Origin: Moniliella sp. 'wahieum'
Lineage: Eukaryota
DNA: 64,000 nt
NCBI GenBank assembly: GCA_003971905.1
Contig: RSEE01000094.1
Coordinates: 124,001 to 188,000, forward strand
Direction of reading: 5' to 3'
Part shown: positions 62,854 to 64,000 of the stretch, piece by piece
Layout: every line of letters starts with the position of its first letter
Position numbering within the stretch: the stretch's first letter is position 1
The notes under the pieces: generated by a model
What the model saw: the letters and a program-made list of their open reading frames with translations, nothing else
Database searches by the model: none
What the model was told of the DNA's origin: nothing
Program-made: the position numbers and the translations under genes

Positions 62854-64000
62854 ATGGCCTCCACCGCGTCGCCACGCCTCGACTCGTCTTCCAGAGCTTC
62901 TGACGAATCCGCAGCCGTGGCCGTCGCTAGCGTCCGCACGCCGTCCCCAATCCCTCATCACCGCCCGCCCGTCAGCCCGTCCAGGCCGTGGCATCGCTGC
63001 CTCGACTGTGCGGCCCTCCCAATCTCTTCCGCCTCCCCATCCCGTACAGTACGCAAGAGCCTGATGGGGACGGTGAGCCATTGAGCACTGTACTTGCCAC
63101 CCGTGTGGTGCATTTCTTGGCGTCTTTGTCGCCTGGAGGTTCCCCAGCACATGGACTCACTTATTGCATACCTTTCCTCTTGGGGTGGCACCGACAAGGC
63201 CCTGATGATGTCCCAGTACGGGGCGCGCCTTCTGGTTGCCCTTTCTGCCATCCAGCATCGGGCACGAGCGTGGGTCTTTGCTGGATCGTCATCCTATCTT
63301 CCCTATGGCGGATCTTCCACTGCTCGTCGTTTTGCTGCCCTGAGCGATGCGTGTGCCGATGCCCGTACGCTTTTCCGCGTGTGGAGTGTTCTGCCAATAA
63401 TTCGCTGGGTTCGTTTCTCTTCTTTGCGGTGACCGGTGACCACTCTCTAACATACGTTCCGTTCCAGATGATCCAAATCGAGCACATCCAGCCACGAACA
63501 AGACTGCTATCCAACGTCGAGCGCCTGCAAGGCTGGTCGCTCCTCTTTTGCCTCCCGCTTGAGTTTCTTGCTTACTTGGGAGCCCATTCGATCGTGCCCA
63601 TGGGCCGCGCAGTACATCGCCGTCTCGCGCTTCTCTCGGCCCGTTTTTGGGTGGCATACCTTGTGCTACAATGCCTACTGATGGAGGAGAACCGACTTTG
63701 TCGGCTGCAAGCGCGGGCCTTGGAACGAACACGTGGGCATCCCATACCGCTCCCTTCCCTTTCCCGTCGGTCCAGTAGTGCTGGCGCGTCCCAGGTACCG
63801 CTCTCCAAAGCCACACCTTACACCTCGCATGGTCGCGTGGAGACCAAGCCACCACGGTTGCATGGCTCGGCCAAGAAAGCGGCCCAGCGGGCAGCTCTTC
63901 GACCGGAGATGTTTGAAGAGTATGAGAATGATCCCAAGGCGGCCGAGCGGGCGGTGACAAGGGCGCTGTGGGACGAGCTGGACGACAAGAAGCATGACAT
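62854..64000 (+). CDS. PEX11: Peroxisomal membrane protein of the PEX11 family (truncated by window end); intron 63409-63467
   Basis: YLSSWGGTDKALMMSQYGARLL..LSDACADARTLFRVWSVLPIIRW/MIQIE..VERLQGWSLLFCLPLEFLAYLG. Confidence 0.78.

Noticed and set aside
5082..64000. Mass pseudogenisation or programmed frameshifting
   Set aside because: Indels hit essential genes whose motifs are otherwise intact, often at homopolymers or dinucleotides. Sequencing error is the simpler explanation.

Overview
Eukaryotic, GC-rich fungal genomic DNA. Short GT-AG introns with CTRAC/CTAAT branch points and the gene content suggest a basidiomycete, probably Ustilaginomycotina-like (inference). The sequence carries very many indels: even essential genes such as SAH1, LST8 and VPS23 are frameshifted. 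I treat these as unpolished long-read errors, so the gene models are stitched by hand across frames and their ends are approximate. About 17 genes are recognisable: a LURP-one-related protein, Yippee/Moh1, acyl-CoA oxidase head-to-head with an SCP2-type thiolase (both ending in SKL), VPS23, a DnaJ protein, UBE3D/Ipa1-like, a Pcl/Clg1-type cyclin, a VSB1-like SulP-STAS-cNMP transporter, a DUF218 protein, a PEX39-like KPWE protein, LST8, SAH1, Som1-like, a Dsf2-like Sel1 protein, a degenerate-looking Maf protein, RSM25 and PEX11. There are also several low-complexity hypothetical genes. The most striking unexplained signal is non-coding. Intergenic regions repeatedly carry 7-bp-period arrays of the form (A-N4-T-N)n in which the hexamer is usually a perfect palindrome (ACTAGT, AAGCTT, ATGCAT, AGATCT, ATCGAT, ACCGGT, ACGCGT, AGTACT, ACATGT, AACGTT). 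Different palindromes are mixed within one array while staying in register. I could support no mobile element, RNA gene or CRISPR array.
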